NCBI GenBank assembly: GCA_947584805.1
Contig: CANPWU010000004.1
Span: forward strand, 13,098-77,097
Direction of reading: 5' to 3'
DNA from: an uncultured Clostridia bacterium
GTDB taxonomy: Bacteria > Bacillota > Clostridia > TANB77 > CAG-508
Length of the DNA stretch: 64,000 nucleotides
Both the position numbers and the translations under genes were made by a program. The first letter of the stretch is position 1. The number at the start of each line of letters is the position of its first letter. This document shows positions 33,805-45,415 of this stretch, piece after piece. The notes under the pieces were generated by a model that was given only the letters and a program-made list of their open reading frames with translations, was not told the origin of the DNA and ran no database searches.

Positions 33805-36471
33805 ATGAACAAGCAAAAGTTAAAAGAGATATTAAAAAAGGAAATATTAAGTGACGAAATATCAAAAAAAATAACTTTATATGTACTTGCTTTTTTAATA
33901 CCATTTATTATACTGATATTTATACTAATATTTTTAAAAATTTTTCCATTTGGAAATTTTGTATATTTACCTAGTGACGCATTTGCACAGTATTCAAATT
34001 ATTTAGGTTATTTAAAAAATTCTTTTTTTGGAGGAGATAATCTATTTTATTCACTTAGCAAATCATTAGGCGGAGAAATGTATGGATTATTTACATATTA
34101 TTTAGCAAGCCCATTTAATTTGCTTGCTTTGTTTTTTGATAAATCGATTATAACTATTGGTTTCGATTTGATTTTATGTTTAAAAATATCTTGCACAGGA
34201 ATTACATTTTGCTATTTTTTAAATAGAAGAAAAAAAGCAAATTTTACAAATCTTATTTTTTCATGTATGTACGCGTTATGCAGTTATGTAATTACATATG
34301 GATTTAATATAATGTGGCTAGATGCTATCATTCTGTTACCAGTTGTAATTGCAGGCTTAGATGATTTAATAGCATTAAAGAAACCATATATTTATTGCTT
34401 GGCTTTAAGCCTAACATTAATTACTAATTACTATATGGGATTTTTTGTTTGCATATTTTCGGTAATATTTTTTATTTATAAGCTTATACTAAATAAACTA
34501 AATTCTAAAAAAGAAATTTTAAAAGCAATTTTGAGATTTATCATATTTTCAATAATTTCAGCATTAATTGCAGGAATCATGTTGTTTCCTTCATATTTGT
34601 CTATAAGGGAGGGAAGAGCAGAATTTCCTCTTTCAGATTTTAATTTTGAGAAAAATTTTGAAATACAGAATGTAATTAGCAAATTTTTTACAGATGCATT
34701 TAATGCAGAAGAATGTAAAAATGATTCTATGCCTCCACTATTTTGTGGAGCTTTAGCAAACTTTTTGGTAATTTTATTTTTTACAAATAAAAAAATTTCT
34801 TTAAAAGAGAAAATTTTAAACATTATATTAATTTTAATATTTTTTATAAGTTTCTATTTTAAAAAAATAAATGTATTGTGGATGCTAGGGAATAATCCTG
34901 CTTGGTATATTTATAGATATGCATTTTGTTTTAATTTTATTTATATATTAATAGCTTATAGATCATTTGAAAATATAGAAGGAACATCATTATTAAAAAT
35001 ATTTTTAAGTTTCATAATATATGCATCACTTGGAATTTGTGTATTAAAATTTAATCTTGGAGACTTTAATAAATTTTGGGTTAAAATAGATTTAATAATA
35101 ATTGCAATAATTGCAATTATTTTATGCATTTATAAATTTATATTGAATCGTAAAAAAATAAAACTTATGAATCTTGTAGTTATATTAATATTTAGCATTA
35201 ATATATCTAATTTAATAATAAATACATATCTTTCAACAAAAGAAATATCTGATAAGCTTAGCCCTATTGAAGAAACACTATATTGTGACTATATAAATAA
35301 AATAGAAAATAAAATAAATAAAATAAAAAGTATTGATTCATCAATATATAGAATAGAACAAGAAAATAAGCTAACAGCAAATGATTCTTTAGTTCTTAAC
35401 TTTAATAGCATCAATTTTACAGGTTCTACATATTCAAAAAAATTATATGAATTTTTAGAAAATTTAGGATATTATAGAGAACATGTAGTTGTACAAAATA
35501 AATACGGAAATACAAAAGCTATGGATATGTTATTTGGAATAAAATATAATTATAAATATCCAGAATCTACAAATTTAAAAGAATTAATTCCTGTGGTACA
35601 AGAAGGAAATGAGTTTATTATATATAAAAATCCATATGCTTTAAATTTAGGCTTCTGTGTATCTGATAATGTTTTGAATAAGTTTGAAAAAAAGAATAAC
35701 ATATTTGAAACACAAAATTTATTGATGCAAAATATTACCCGGAATGTCTGATAATATATTTATCAGACATAAAGGAGAAGTAAAAGAAAATTTAATTAAT
35801 TTAAAAAAAGAAGTAATTTTAGGCCAAGGTATAGAGAGGTTCGCTTATAGCAAAGAAGAAAAAGATAATAAATCAAAAGCAATATATGAACTTACAGTGG
35901 AAAATAATGAAAATATGTATTTTACATTTCTTTCAAATGAAGGAATAAATATACATGCATATATTGAAGATAGGGAAATAAATTACGAAGTAAATGGATT
36001 AAATAATATCGTAAATTTTGGGAAACAAGAAATACGGTACTAAAATAAAGATAGAAATTGAATTGAATGAAGAAAAAAATTATATAATAAACGATATGAA
36101 TTTCTATTATGAAGATAGTAAGGTAATTGAAAAATGTTATGAATTACTTAGCAAAAATCAAGTAGATTTAAAAGAAATATCAAGTAGTGAATATGAAGGA
36201 AAGGTAAAAACAGAAAAAGAAGAAACTTATATTTTATTTACAATTCCATATGATAAAGGCTGGAAAATAACTGTTGATGGCAAAGAAACTCAAACAATAA
36301 AGATGCAAGAAGCTCTTATGGGCGTTCTTATAGAAGATTCCGGTGAACATGAAATTACTATGAAGTTTATACCTAATCGGATTTTATGTGGGATGTATTT
36401 TGAGCGTATCAGGAATAATTCTATTCATAATAAGTATTTTTAAAATCAAAAAACTAAAAATTATATATTGA
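33805..36471 (+). CDS. YfhO-family polytopic membrane protein (putative glycosyl/lipid transferase). There are three extra-C frame breaks (35739, 36035, 36378).
   Basis: ~14 TM segments plus a C-terminal extracytoplasmic domain. The pieces 33805-35751, 35744-36043 and 36018-36443 join. The corrected tail ends in a TM helix. Confidence 0.5.
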
Positions 36472-36496
36472 CTTATAAGATAACTTAATATAAAAT
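36468..36496 (+). promoter_or_regulatory. Sigma-A promoter TTGACT-17-TAAAAT upstream of topA
   Basis: Hexamers with 17-bp spacing sit ~30 bp before the topA start. Confidence 0.45.
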
Positions 36497-36502
36497 AAGC
36501 AA

Positions 36503-38540
36503 TTGAAAGAGAGGAAAAAACGAGTGGCAGATAGATTAATAATTGTGGAGTCACCTGCAAAGGCAAATACTATAAAAAAATTTTTGGGAGGAAATACAAA
36601 AGTTGTTGCTTCTATGGGACATATAAGAGACCTTCCAAAATCAAAACTTGGTGTTAATATAGAAAATGATTTTGAGCCAGAATATATAAACATTAGAGGA
36701 AAGGGAGAATTAATAAAATCATTAAAAAAAGAAGCAGAAAAAGCAAAACACGTATATCTTGCAACCGACCCTGACCGCGAAGGGGAAGCGATTGCATGGC
36801 ATTTAGCACATGTACTAGATATTGACGATAAAAATGTTTCAAGAGTTACTTTTAATGAGATTACAAAAAATGCAGTTCAAGAGGCAATGAAAGAACCAAG
36901 AGGACTTGATAAAAATTTGATTGATGCTCAGCAAGCAAGAAGAGTTCTAGATAGAATAGTAGGTTATCAAATAAGCCCTCTTCTTTGGGCAAAAGTAAGA
37001 AAAGGACTTTCAGCAGGACGTGTTCAATCAGTTGCTGTTAAATTAATAGTAGATAGAGAAGAAGAAATAGAAAAATTTATTCCAGAAGAATACTGGAATA
37101 TTTATGTATCTTTGCTTAAGAAAGACGAGAAAAAAACATTTGAAGCAAAATTTGTTGGAAAAAATGGAAAAAAGCAAGAGTTAAAAAATGAAGAAGAAGT
37201 TAATAAAATTTTAAAAGATATAAAAAATGAACAATTTGTTGTAAAGGATGTAAAAAAGAGCGAAAAGAAAAGAACACCTGCGCCACCATTTACAACAAGT
37301 ACTATGCAACAAGAAGCATCAAGAAAATTAGGATTCACATTAAAAAGAACAATGTCTGTTGCACAGGGACTTTACGAAGGATTAAAAATAGGCGATAAAG
37401 GACATATTGGTTTAATAACATACATGAGAACAGACTCAACAAGAATTTCAGAAGTTGCAAGAGCAGCTGCAAAAAAACAAATTGAAGCGGAATATGGAAA
37501 AAATTATTATGAAAATAGATATTATAAAACAAATCAAGATGCACAAGATGCACATGAGGCAATAAGACCAACATATGTAGAACTTACACCAGATAGTATA
37601 AAAAATGACTTAACTCCTGAACAATATAGATTATATAAATTAATATATAATAGGTTTATAGCAAGCCAAATGGCGGCTGCTACTTTTGATACTGTGCAGA
37701 TCCAGATAGATGCGGGAGAGTATAATTTTAGAGCAAATGGTCAAACCCTTAAATTTAAGGGCTTTATGTCTGTATATTTTGAAGGAGAGGATGAAGAGCA
37801 AGAAGAAATTCCAGACCTTAAAATAGAAGAAACTTTAAATTTGGAAAAACTTAATCCAAAACAAAGTTTTACAGAACCACCACCAAGATATACAGAAGCA
37901 AGTCTTGTAAAAGTGTTGGAAGAAAAAGGAATAGGAAGACCAAGTACTTATTCACCAACAATAACTACGATACTTGAAAGACATTATATTGAAAAAGAAC
38001 AAAAACAGCTTGTACCTACGGAATTAGGAAAAGTAGTAAATAATTTATTAATAAATAGTTTTGAAGATGTAGTAAATGTTGATTTTACAGCAGAAATAGA
38101 AAAAAACTTTGATGATATTGCTGAGGGAAAAGAAGAATGGAAAAAAATTATTAGAGAATTTTATAAACCATTTTCTGAAGAACTTCAAAAAGCTCAAAAA
38201 GAATTGGAACATGTAAAAATCGAGGAAGAAGTAACAGATATACCATGTGATAAATGTGGAAGAATGATGGTAATAAAATATGGAAGATTTGGAAAATTTT
38301 TAGCTTGTCCTCGGATATCCTGAATGTAAAAATACGAAGCCTCTTATAGAGACAATTAAAGAACCATGCCCAAAATGTGGAGGCAAAGTACAGGTTAGAA
38401 AAAGTAAAAAAGGAAGAAAATTTTATATATGTGAAAATAATCCAAATGGTGGATGTGATTATATTTCATGGAACAAACCGGGAAAAGAAAATAACAATAA
38501 AACAAGGTCGAGAAAAAAGAAAAATAAAAAGAATGAATAA
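36503..38540 (+). CDS. topA: DNA topoisomerase I. The C-terminal zinc-ribbon region is frame-shifted by an extra C at 38312.
   Basis: Toprim 'IVESPAKA' motif. The active-site Tyr region is present. Removing the C restores the C-terminal CxxC zinc ribbons and a Lys-rich tail. Confidence 0.8.
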
Positions 38541-38742
38541 TTATTACAAAAAGTTTACATTTTTATTACATTTGCTTTAAATATATTGACTTTTATTGTA
38601 AAAATTATAAAATATAAACATGAAATAATTAGTAGAAATATGCAAAAAATGTATAAATTTTGTAATAAGCTCAAAAAATTTCAAGTATGAAATAATTATA
38701 AATGCAGACCATAATTAAAAATTAATCACAAAGGAGAAAAAA

Positions 38743-40452
38743 ATGGCAAGCTGTTTAGGGTTGTATATTGAAGAAAATGTAATAAAATATGCCAAAATAT
38801 CTAAAGACAATGACGTAATAAAAGTCGATGCCTTCGGAATTAAGTTTTATGATAGATTAGATACAGCAATTGAACAAGTTATTGAAGAAACATATAGCTA
38901 TAAAACGCCAATAAGCATTAATACTTCAAATGAAGTTTATAATTATTTCTACATTTTTAGTTTATTAAATTCAAAAGACATGCGTAGTTATATTAATACG
39001 GAATTTGAATCTATTTGCTTTGAAAATCAATTAAATGTAAACACATTTGAATCAAGACATATATTAGTAGATGATTTAGAAAATAGAGAAAAAATAAAAG
39101 CTATACATGTATCTGTAAATAAGGGAGAACTATTAAGAAAAACAGATTTCTTTAGTAAATATAAACTTACAAATGTATCTCCTGTTTCTATTAGCATATC
39201 AAATTTATTGGAGATAAGCAAAAGCGAAAATGTTGAAAATATAGCAATAGTTAATATTGAGAATACTACAACAGTAACGTCTATAATAAATCAAAAAATA
39301 TACGATATAACAACAATTGATGATGGAATTAGTGAAATTTTAAAAAAGATTAATCTAAAAGAGAATTCATATGCAAAGGCTTATGAAATATGTAAAAATT
39401 CCACTATATATACATCAGCTGGAAAAGATTTGCAATATGAAGAAAATGCATATTTGGATGATATAATGCCAACTTTATATAATATTGTTGGACAAGTAAA
39501 AAAAATAATAGATGATAGTACTAATAGAATAGATAAAGTATTAATCACTGGTATGGCATCAGTAATTAATAATATTGATATTTACTTTCAGGAATATCTT
39601 GAAGATATTAAATGTGAAATTCTAAAGCCATATTTTATACATTCTTATGGAACGGAAATTAATGTAAAAGATTATATTGAAGTAAATTCAGCAATAGCAC
39701 TCGCCCTTCAAGGATTAGGTGAGGGAATAAAAGCTATAAACTTCAAGAAAGAAAGTATGACAGATAAACTTCCATCTTGGCTAACAATTGAAGTTGGAGG
39801 AAAACCAAATAAAGATAAAGATAAAAAACCTAGTAAAATAAGTAAAGTTTTGAGTGGCGCAGATGGAAATGGCTTTAGTTTTAGCCTAAAAGGAAAAATT
39901 ACAAGAGGAGAGAAAATCTTATTAAGAAGCTCTATTGCAAGTTTACTATGCATAGTATTATATGTTGCTTTATCAATTTTTATATATAATCAGATTGATG
40001 ATAAAACATTGGAAACTGCAGCTGAAGAAGTATATGTAAATTCACAAGAGGGAGCTATGCTTGCAGATAAATCAAGCATAGATAGAAAAACTTCAGAATA
40101 TAAACAACTTACACAAAGTTTAGAAGAAAAGATGGAGCTAAATACAGAAGATAAAAGACTAAAATATTCAATTCCAACATTACTTAATAAAATAATGAGT
40201 TCTATACCAACAAATGTACAATTAACAGCTATATCACATTCAGGAACTAAAGTCACAATAACAGCAAGGTCAGAGAAGCTTGAAGCATTAGGTATGTTTA
40301 TAGCAAAGTTAAAAACAGATGCAATATTAAATAATGTTATATCAGATACAGCAAGACTTGAAACGGTAACATTAACAGAAGGAGAGGGAGAAGATCAGAA
40401 ACAAATAACAAAAGATCTTGCTGTAGTAACAATAGAAGGAGAATTGCCATGA
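38743..40452 (+). CDS. pilM: Type IV pilus assembly protein, PilM-like ATPase-fold domain fused to a PilN-like TM/coiled-coil domain
   Basis: 569 aa. An actin-like N-terminal domain is followed by a TM segment at ~aa 395-415. Confidence 0.5.
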   Translation: MASCLGLYIEENVIKYAKISKDNDVIKVDAFGIKFYDRLDTAIEQVIEETYSYKTPISINTSNEVYNYFYIFSLLNSKDMRSYINTEFESICFENQLNVNTFESRHILVDDLENREKIKAIHVSVNKGELLRKTDFFSKYKLTNVSPVSISISNLLEISKSENVENIAIVNIENTTTVTSIINQKIYDITTIDDGISEILKKINLKENSYAKAYEICKNSTIYTSAGKDLQYEENAYLDDIMPTLYNIVGQVKKIIDDSTNRIDKVLITGMASVINNIDIYFQEYLEDIKCEILKPYFIHSYGTEINVKDYIEVNSAIALALQGLGEGIKAINFKKESMTDKLPSWLTIEVGGKPNKDKDKKPSKISKVLSGADGNGFSFSLKGKITRGEKILLRSSIASLLCIVLYVALSIFIYNQIDDKTLETAAEEVYVNSQEGAMLADKSSIDRKTSEYKQLTQSLEEKMELNTEDKRLKYSIPTLLNKIMSSIPTNVQLTAISHSGTKVTITARSEKLEALGMFIAKLKTDAILNNVISDTARLETVTLTEGEGEDQKQITKDLAVVTIEGELP

Positions 40453-41186
40453 GAAAAATTTTGTTAGGACTTTTAACTTTAATTTTATTCGCTATACTTG
40501 TAACAATTGTAGTATATGGCTTAAATCTCGGAACATTTCATCTTGGATATAGTATTAGAGATATTATTGAAAAAAATGACGAACTAGACTTAAGTATTGC
40601 AAATTTACAAACAAAAATAAATGGAGAATATGCTACTGTAGCGACATCATTAAGCTCTAGTTTCGTAAATTTACAAAATAGCAAAGAAGAGTATTTAAAT
40701 AAAGTAAAATATTCAACAGAAGAAGAAATGCAAAAAGCTAATGTTACAGAACAGTATAAGATAGGATATCTTTGGACTAATATTGGACTTTATGCAACAA
40801 GAAATAATTGCTTCCTTAGAAGAGTAGAAGTTACAAATGCAACTTCAGGTATTGATAATCAGTATAATATAACATTTACTGCTATAGGGGAATATTTAGA
40901 TATATCAAATTTTATTTATGCGATAGAAAAAGATACAAATTTAGGATTTAGAATCGAAGAATTTAATATGATTCCTTATAATCAAGAAGAAAATGTTGAG
41001 AATAAGTTGCAAGCAACATTTATGATAAAAAATGTTATGCTTGATCCTAACTCATTAAAAGAAGATGCTATTTCTAGTTCATCTGACACAAATGTCAATA
41101 CTGATACAAATAATAATGCTAATGCAAACACTAATAATAATACAAATACAAATAATAATGCGGATGGAAAAAATACAGGTTCTTAA
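40449..41186 (+). CDS. PilO-like membrane protein with an Asn/Thr-rich low-complexity C-terminus
   Basis: N-terminal TM anchor. The C-terminal tail is NTNNN-repeat rich. Confidence 0.4.
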   Translation: MRKILLGLLTLILFAILVTIVVYGLNLGTFHLGYSIRDIIEKNDELDLSIANLQTKINGEYATVATSLSSSFVNLQNSKEEYLNKVKYSTEEEMQKANVTEQYKIGYLWTNIGLYATRNNCFLRRVEVTNATSGIDNQYNITFTAIGEYLDISNFIYAIEKDTNLGFRIEEFNMIPYNQEENVENKLQATFMIKNVMLDPNSLKEDAISSSSDTNVNTDTNNNANANTNNNTNTNNNADGKNTGS

Positions 41187-41195
41187 AGGAGGAGT

Positions 41196-41588
41196 GTGCA
41201 AATGATAAAATCGATAATTAAAGAAATAATAATAATACTTTTACTATTATTTGCAATTATTCTTGCACTTGGAATATTATTTTATGATTATATTCCAAAT
41301 AATAAAGTGATTCCATCGGTGGATACTTATACAACATCTACTGAAATCATTAATGAATTAGCAACCAATATTTCTAATGATGAAACTATAAATGTAATAT
41401 ATGAGATTACAACAAATGATTTAAAATCTTTAGAAAAAACAAATGAATATGAAAAAGGGAAAGCAAATCCTTTTGGAACTATTGTAAACCCAGTTTCAGA
41501 AAATACAAATGAAAATACAAATGTAGCTGGTGGAAATTCTGTAACAAAAGGAAATAATACATTCTATAAGAATACGGGCACAAAATAA
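41196..41588 (+). CDS. Hypothetical membrane-anchored protein (pilus-cluster gene)
   Basis: 130 aa with an N-terminal TM segment. Confidence 0.3.
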   Translation: MQMIKSIIKEIIIILLLLFAIILALGILFYDYIPNNKVIPSVDTYTTSTEIINELATNISNDETINVIYEITTNDLKSLEKTNEYEKGKANPFGTIVNPVSENTNENTNVAGGNSVTKGNNTFYKNTGTK

Positions 41589-41654
41589 TTTTTTTACATC
41601 GGTTATATTTATTTAAATAAATATATACAAATTTTTATTAAGGAGGAGTTTTTT

Positions 41655-41894
41655 ATGTTAAGAGAGGAAAAAGGTATTACTTTAGTAGCATTAATTATTA
41701 CAATCATTGTATTAATTATATTAGCTGCAGTTACAATTATTGCTGTTCAAGATTCAAATCTAGTAAACCGTACAATTAATGCTGCACAAGACTATGCTAG
41801 AAACCAAGAATGGGAAAATGGTTATATGTCAAGCGTAGATTCTAAAGTAAGCTCACTTGAAACTGTTATCAGCGAAATCAGAGCAGGTGAATAA
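41655..41894 (+). CDS. Small type IV pilin-like protein (class III signal, KGITLVALI)
   Basis: 79 aa. RBS AAGGAGG. A prepilin-like hydrophobic N-terminus. Confidence 0.45.
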   Translation: MLREEKGITLVALIITIIVLIILAAVTIIAVQDSNLVNRTINAAQDYARNQEWENGYMSSVDSKVSSLETVISEIRAGE

Positions 41895-41958
41895 TAAAAA
41901 AAATGACTACGTAGTAACATATAATTTATGTTGAAAATTGGTCAAAAGTACAACATAG

Positions 41959-41996
41959 GCATATACATTTTAAAAGTGTATATGCCTCAAATTTTA
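41959..41996 (+). terminator. Hairpin aggcatataca/tgtatatgcct (11-bp stem) followed by a weak T-run, between the small pilin gene and pilD
   Basis: Perfect 11-bp stem with a 9-nt loop. Confidence 0.4.
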
Positions 41997-42014
41997 AAAT
42001 TTGAAAGAGGTAAA

Positions 42015-42827
42015 ATGATGGAAGTAATAATATATGCTATAATCTTTATAATTGGCACACTTTTTGGAAGCTTTTTTACACTTGCCATATATAGAATTCC
42101 ACTTGGACTTAATATTATTTATGGACATTCATTTTGCCCAAATTGCAAAAATAAATTAAAATTTAAAGATTTAATTCCAATTATTAGCTATATAACTTTA
42201 GGAGGAAGATGTAGATATTGCAAAGAGAAGGTTAGAATAAGATATTTGCTACTTGAGGTTTTGAGTGGTTTTACATTTTTACTTTTTGTTTTATCACTTA
42301 AAATAGACATATTATTTATAACAACAAATCAAATTATAGATATTATGTTTTACTTTATATATATATCAACTTTATTTATTATAGCAGGAATAGATAAAGA
42401 AAATTTTCAAATTCAAAAATCAGTACTTAATTTTGGGTTAATATTAAGTATTTTATTTATGATATATGTATGTATATCAGAGAGAAGTGCTATATATACA
42501 TATATCATATTAATATGTATGATAATATTTTTACTTATATTAGACACAATATATTTAAAGAAAAAATCAAATTCAAATTATACAATCAACATATTATTGC
42601 TTAGTTTATATATGATGATATTTACTAAATCAGAAAATTACTATTATTCAGTAGCGCTTACATTACTTTTGATATCATTAAAAATGTTTATACAAAAAGT
42701 TAAAGTATTATGCAAAAAGCAGAATATGACTAATAAAGAAAAAACTAAAGAATTGAAAATACCTATAGGATTTTATTTATGCGTATCTAATATTATTTTA
42801 TTATTAGTTGCAAATTTTGCAAGTTAG
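42015..42827 (+). CDS. pilD: Prepilin peptidase PilD (A24 family). The start is probably ATG 42015 (MMEVII...).
   Basis: N-terminal CxxC...CxxC zinc motif (FCPNCKN...CRYCKEK) plus a polytopic membrane domain. Confidence 0.7.
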   Translation: MMEVIIYAIIFIIGTLFGSFFTLAIYRIPLGLNIIYGHSFCPNCKNKLKFKDLIPIISYITLGGRCRYCKEKVRIRYLLLEVLSGFTFLLFVLSLKIDILFITTNQIIDIMFYFIYISTLFIIAGIDKENFQIQKSVLNFGLILSILFMIYVCISERSAIYTYIILICMIIFLLILDTIYLKKKSNSNYTINILLLSLYMMIFTKSENYYYSVALTLLLISLKMFIQKVKVLCKKQNMTNKEKTKELKIPIGFYLCVSNIILLLVANFAS

Positions 42828-42839
42828 AAAGGACAAACT

Positions 42840-43266
42840 ATGGATAGAGTTTTTAGAAGAAATAACGGCTTTACATTAGTAGACTTGGCACTAGCAATGG
42901 TAGTAATTATAGTATTTGTTTCTGTTATGACATCTATTATGTATAGTTTGTATATTTCTACAACTGAAGCAAAAAGAACTGCTGTAGCAGTAAATTACGC
43001 AGTAGATATATTTGAAAAAATAGGAATTATGCCATATATTAATGTAAATGTAAATAATGTTTTAACCAGCATAAGTGAAACAAAAAACATAAAAATAATT
43101 GATGAAAACGAGGCAACAGCAACGATTCGGAACATATGATATAGATTTAAAAATTGAAGACTATTTTCACGATGATACTATAAAATTGATAACACTTACA
43201 ATAACTTATCAAACTTCAAAAGATAATACAGAAAAATTAGAAATGCAGAGGATAAAAACAAAATAA
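42840..43266 (+). CDS. Type IV pilin (prepilin motif NG|FTLVDL). The frame is broken by an extra C at 43128.
   Basis: Canonical G-FTLV-D/E motif. Removing the C from 'gattcggaaca' extends the protein to 142 aa. Confidence 0.6.
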
Positions 43267-43282
43267 TTTAGGGAGAGCAAAG

Positions 43283-43723
43283 ATGAAAGATGAAAAAGGT
43301 ATTACCTTAATTGCACTTATAACATATGTCATATTAATGATTTTTACAGTTGCAGGCGTAACTGCTGTTACAAATTCACTCTATTCTAATGTAAAAGATT
43401 TGGATGGAGATGCTAAAAGTGCCGCAGATTTTGCAAAATTTAATATGTATTTTATAAAAGATATTAAAAATGATGATGTAAAACTCGTAAGTTGTTCAAG
43501 CAATCAAATAATACTTTCTGTTACAAATGAATCAGGTGATACTGAAAATGTAAGCTATTCATTACAGTCTGGAGGATTATATAGAAATTCAGTAAAAATA
43601 TGTAGTAATATACAAGCGGGTGAAATATCACAAGGCTCAAGTGAAAAAGAGATTTTTGTATATTTAAAAATAGATAATTATGAAAAAACTACAGCATATA
43701 TGCTAGAACCAGATGAGTTATAA
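43283..43723 (+). CDS. Pilin/pseudopilin-like protein (KGITLIALI N-terminus)
   Basis: 146 aa. RBS GGGAGAG. A class III signal-like N-terminus. Confidence 0.5.
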   Translation: MKDEKGITLIALITYVILMIFTVAGVTAVTNSLYSNVKDLDGDAKSAADFAKFNMYFIKDIKNDDVKLVSCSSNQIILSVTNESGDTENVSYSLQSGGLYRNSVKICSNIQAGEISQGSSEKEIFVYLKIDNYEKTTAYMLEPDEL

Positions 43724-43772
43724 TGTTAAGAATTTAATGTGTAGATTTAAGAAAAGGAGGAAACCTTAAATT

Positions 43773-45401
43773 ATGGATATGAAGAAAAGAATACCTGTAG
43801 GAATTGAATTAGTTAAAAGAGGAGTAGTAAATCAATATGATATTAATTCTGCCTTAGAATATCAAAAAACACATCCAAATGAAAAAATAGGGGATATTAT
43901 TCATACTTTAAATTTATGTGATGAAAGAGAATTACTTCATGCAATAGGAGATATTTTTGGAGAAAAACCAATACTAATAACACCAAGAGATGTAAAGGTT
44001 AGAATGGATGAATATATTTCTCCTGATGTGCTAAGAAAAAATAATGCAGTATTATTTGATGTAGAAGATGGTAAAGCTAAAGTTTGCTTCGCTGACACAT
44101 CAAATAGAAAAGCTATAGATACAATAAGACTTTTACTTTTAAATCGTGGATTAGTAATGGAAAAATATATTACATTTAAATCTAATATAGATGCTGTATT
44201 AAATAGTATGCAAGGAAAAGTAAATGATGATATTGAAAGTTTAAATGATACAACATCTCTTGTAGATACTATAATTAGAACTGCAATGGATCGAAGAGCG
44301 AGTGATATTCACTTTGAACCAATGGAAGATAAATTAAGAATACGTTATAGAATAGATGGAGAGTTATTTGAAGTTGCAGAACTTGCAAAAGATAAACAAG
44401 CAAATGTAATTGGAAGACTTAAAGCAATTTCAAATATGCATCAAGAAAAACAAGAATCACAAGACGGAAGAATTACTTTGTATCCAGACTATAATATTCG
44501 TGTGTCTTCTCAAAAGAATATTTATGGAGAAAAATTTGTATTAAGGCTTTTAAAGAAAAATGCAGATGTTAGAGAAATTATTGAACTTGGTTTTCCTGGT
44601 AATGAAGAACAGATAAGAAGAAGTTTTGATAATAGAAACAGTATAACAATTATGGCTGCACCAACTGGTGAAGGAAAGACAACTTCTTTATATAGTATCG
44701 TACAATTTTTAAATAGACCAGAAATAAATATAACAACAATTGAGGACCCTGTGGAAATAAGAATTCCAGGACTAAACCAAATTGAAATTGATAGCAAAAC
44801 ATCATTCATAGATTCTTTAAGGACGGTTTTAAGACAAGACCCAGATACAATTTTAGTAGGAGAAATAAGAGATAAGGAAACTGCAGAAATCGCAATGCAA
44901 GCTGGACAAACAGGTCATTATGTATTATCAACAATACACACAATTGATGCAATAGAGGTAATAACAAGACTTAGAAAAATGGGAATTTCTGATTATGATA
45001 TATCTAGTACAGTTGCAACAACAGTTTCTCAAAGGTTAGTTAGAAGACTTTGCAAAAAATGTGCAAGAGAAAGGGATTTTAACCAAAAAGAATTAGATTT
45101 TATTCATAGCGTAGAAGAAAAAGATAATATCAAATTTGATTTAAAAGGAAAAAAGACTTATGATGCTGTCGGATGCAAAGAATGCAATGGAGTAGGCTAT
45201 TATGAAAGAATTGGTATTTTTGAAGTATTAGTATTTGATGAAAGAATAAGAGAACTTATAGCTCAAGGAGCATCGACTCTTAAAATAAAAGAAGCTGCAA
45301 TGCAAGGTGAATACAAACCATTAATAGTAGATGGTATTAATAAAGTGTTAAATGGTATAACAAATCTTGATGAGTTGAATAGAAAATTACGTATATATTA
45401 A
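43773..45401 (+). CDS. pilB: Type IV pilus assembly ATPase PilB (GspE family)
   Basis: Walker A APTGEGKTT. A tetracysteine motif (CKKC...CKEC). Confidence 0.8.
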   Translation: MDMKKRIPVGIELVKRGVVNQYDINSALEYQKTHPNEKIGDIIHTLNLCDERELLHAIGDIFGEKPILITPRDVKVRMDEYISPDVLRKNNAVLFDVEDGKAKVCFADTSNRKAIDTIRLLLLNRGLVMEKYITFKSNIDAVLNSMQGKVNDDIESLNDTTSLVDTIIRTAMDRRASDIHFEPMEDKLRIRYRIDGELFEVAELAKDKQANVIGRLKAISNMHQEKQESQDGRITLYPDYNIRVSSQKNIYGEKFVLRLLKKNADVREIIELGFPGNEEQIRRSFDNRNSITIMAAPTGEGKTTSLYSIVQFLNRPEINITTIEDPVEIRIPGLNQIEIDSKTSFIDSLRTVLRQDPDTILVGEIRDKETAEIAMQAGQTGHYVLSTIHTIDAIEVITRLRKMGISDYDISSTVATTVSQRLVRRLCKKCARERDFNQKELDFIHSVEEKDNIKFDLKGKKTYDAVGCKECNGVGYYERIGIFEVLVFDERIRELIAQGASTLKIKEAAMQGEYKPLIVDGINKVLNGITNLDELNRKLRIY

Positions 45402-45415
45402 AATGGAGGAATTAT

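Noticed and set aside
38377-38580. 67-aa ORF 'MEAKYRLEKVKKEENFIY...' after topA
   Set aside because: It is the out-of-frame reading of the topA C-terminal region created by the extra C at 38312. It is not a separate gene.
41090-41186. Asn/Thr codon repeats (aat aat aca...) as a tandem repeat or CRISPR-like array
   Set aside because: It is an in-frame low-complexity coding tail of the PilO-like gene. There are no spacer-repeat periodicity or cas genes. No CRISPR array is present anywhere in the window.
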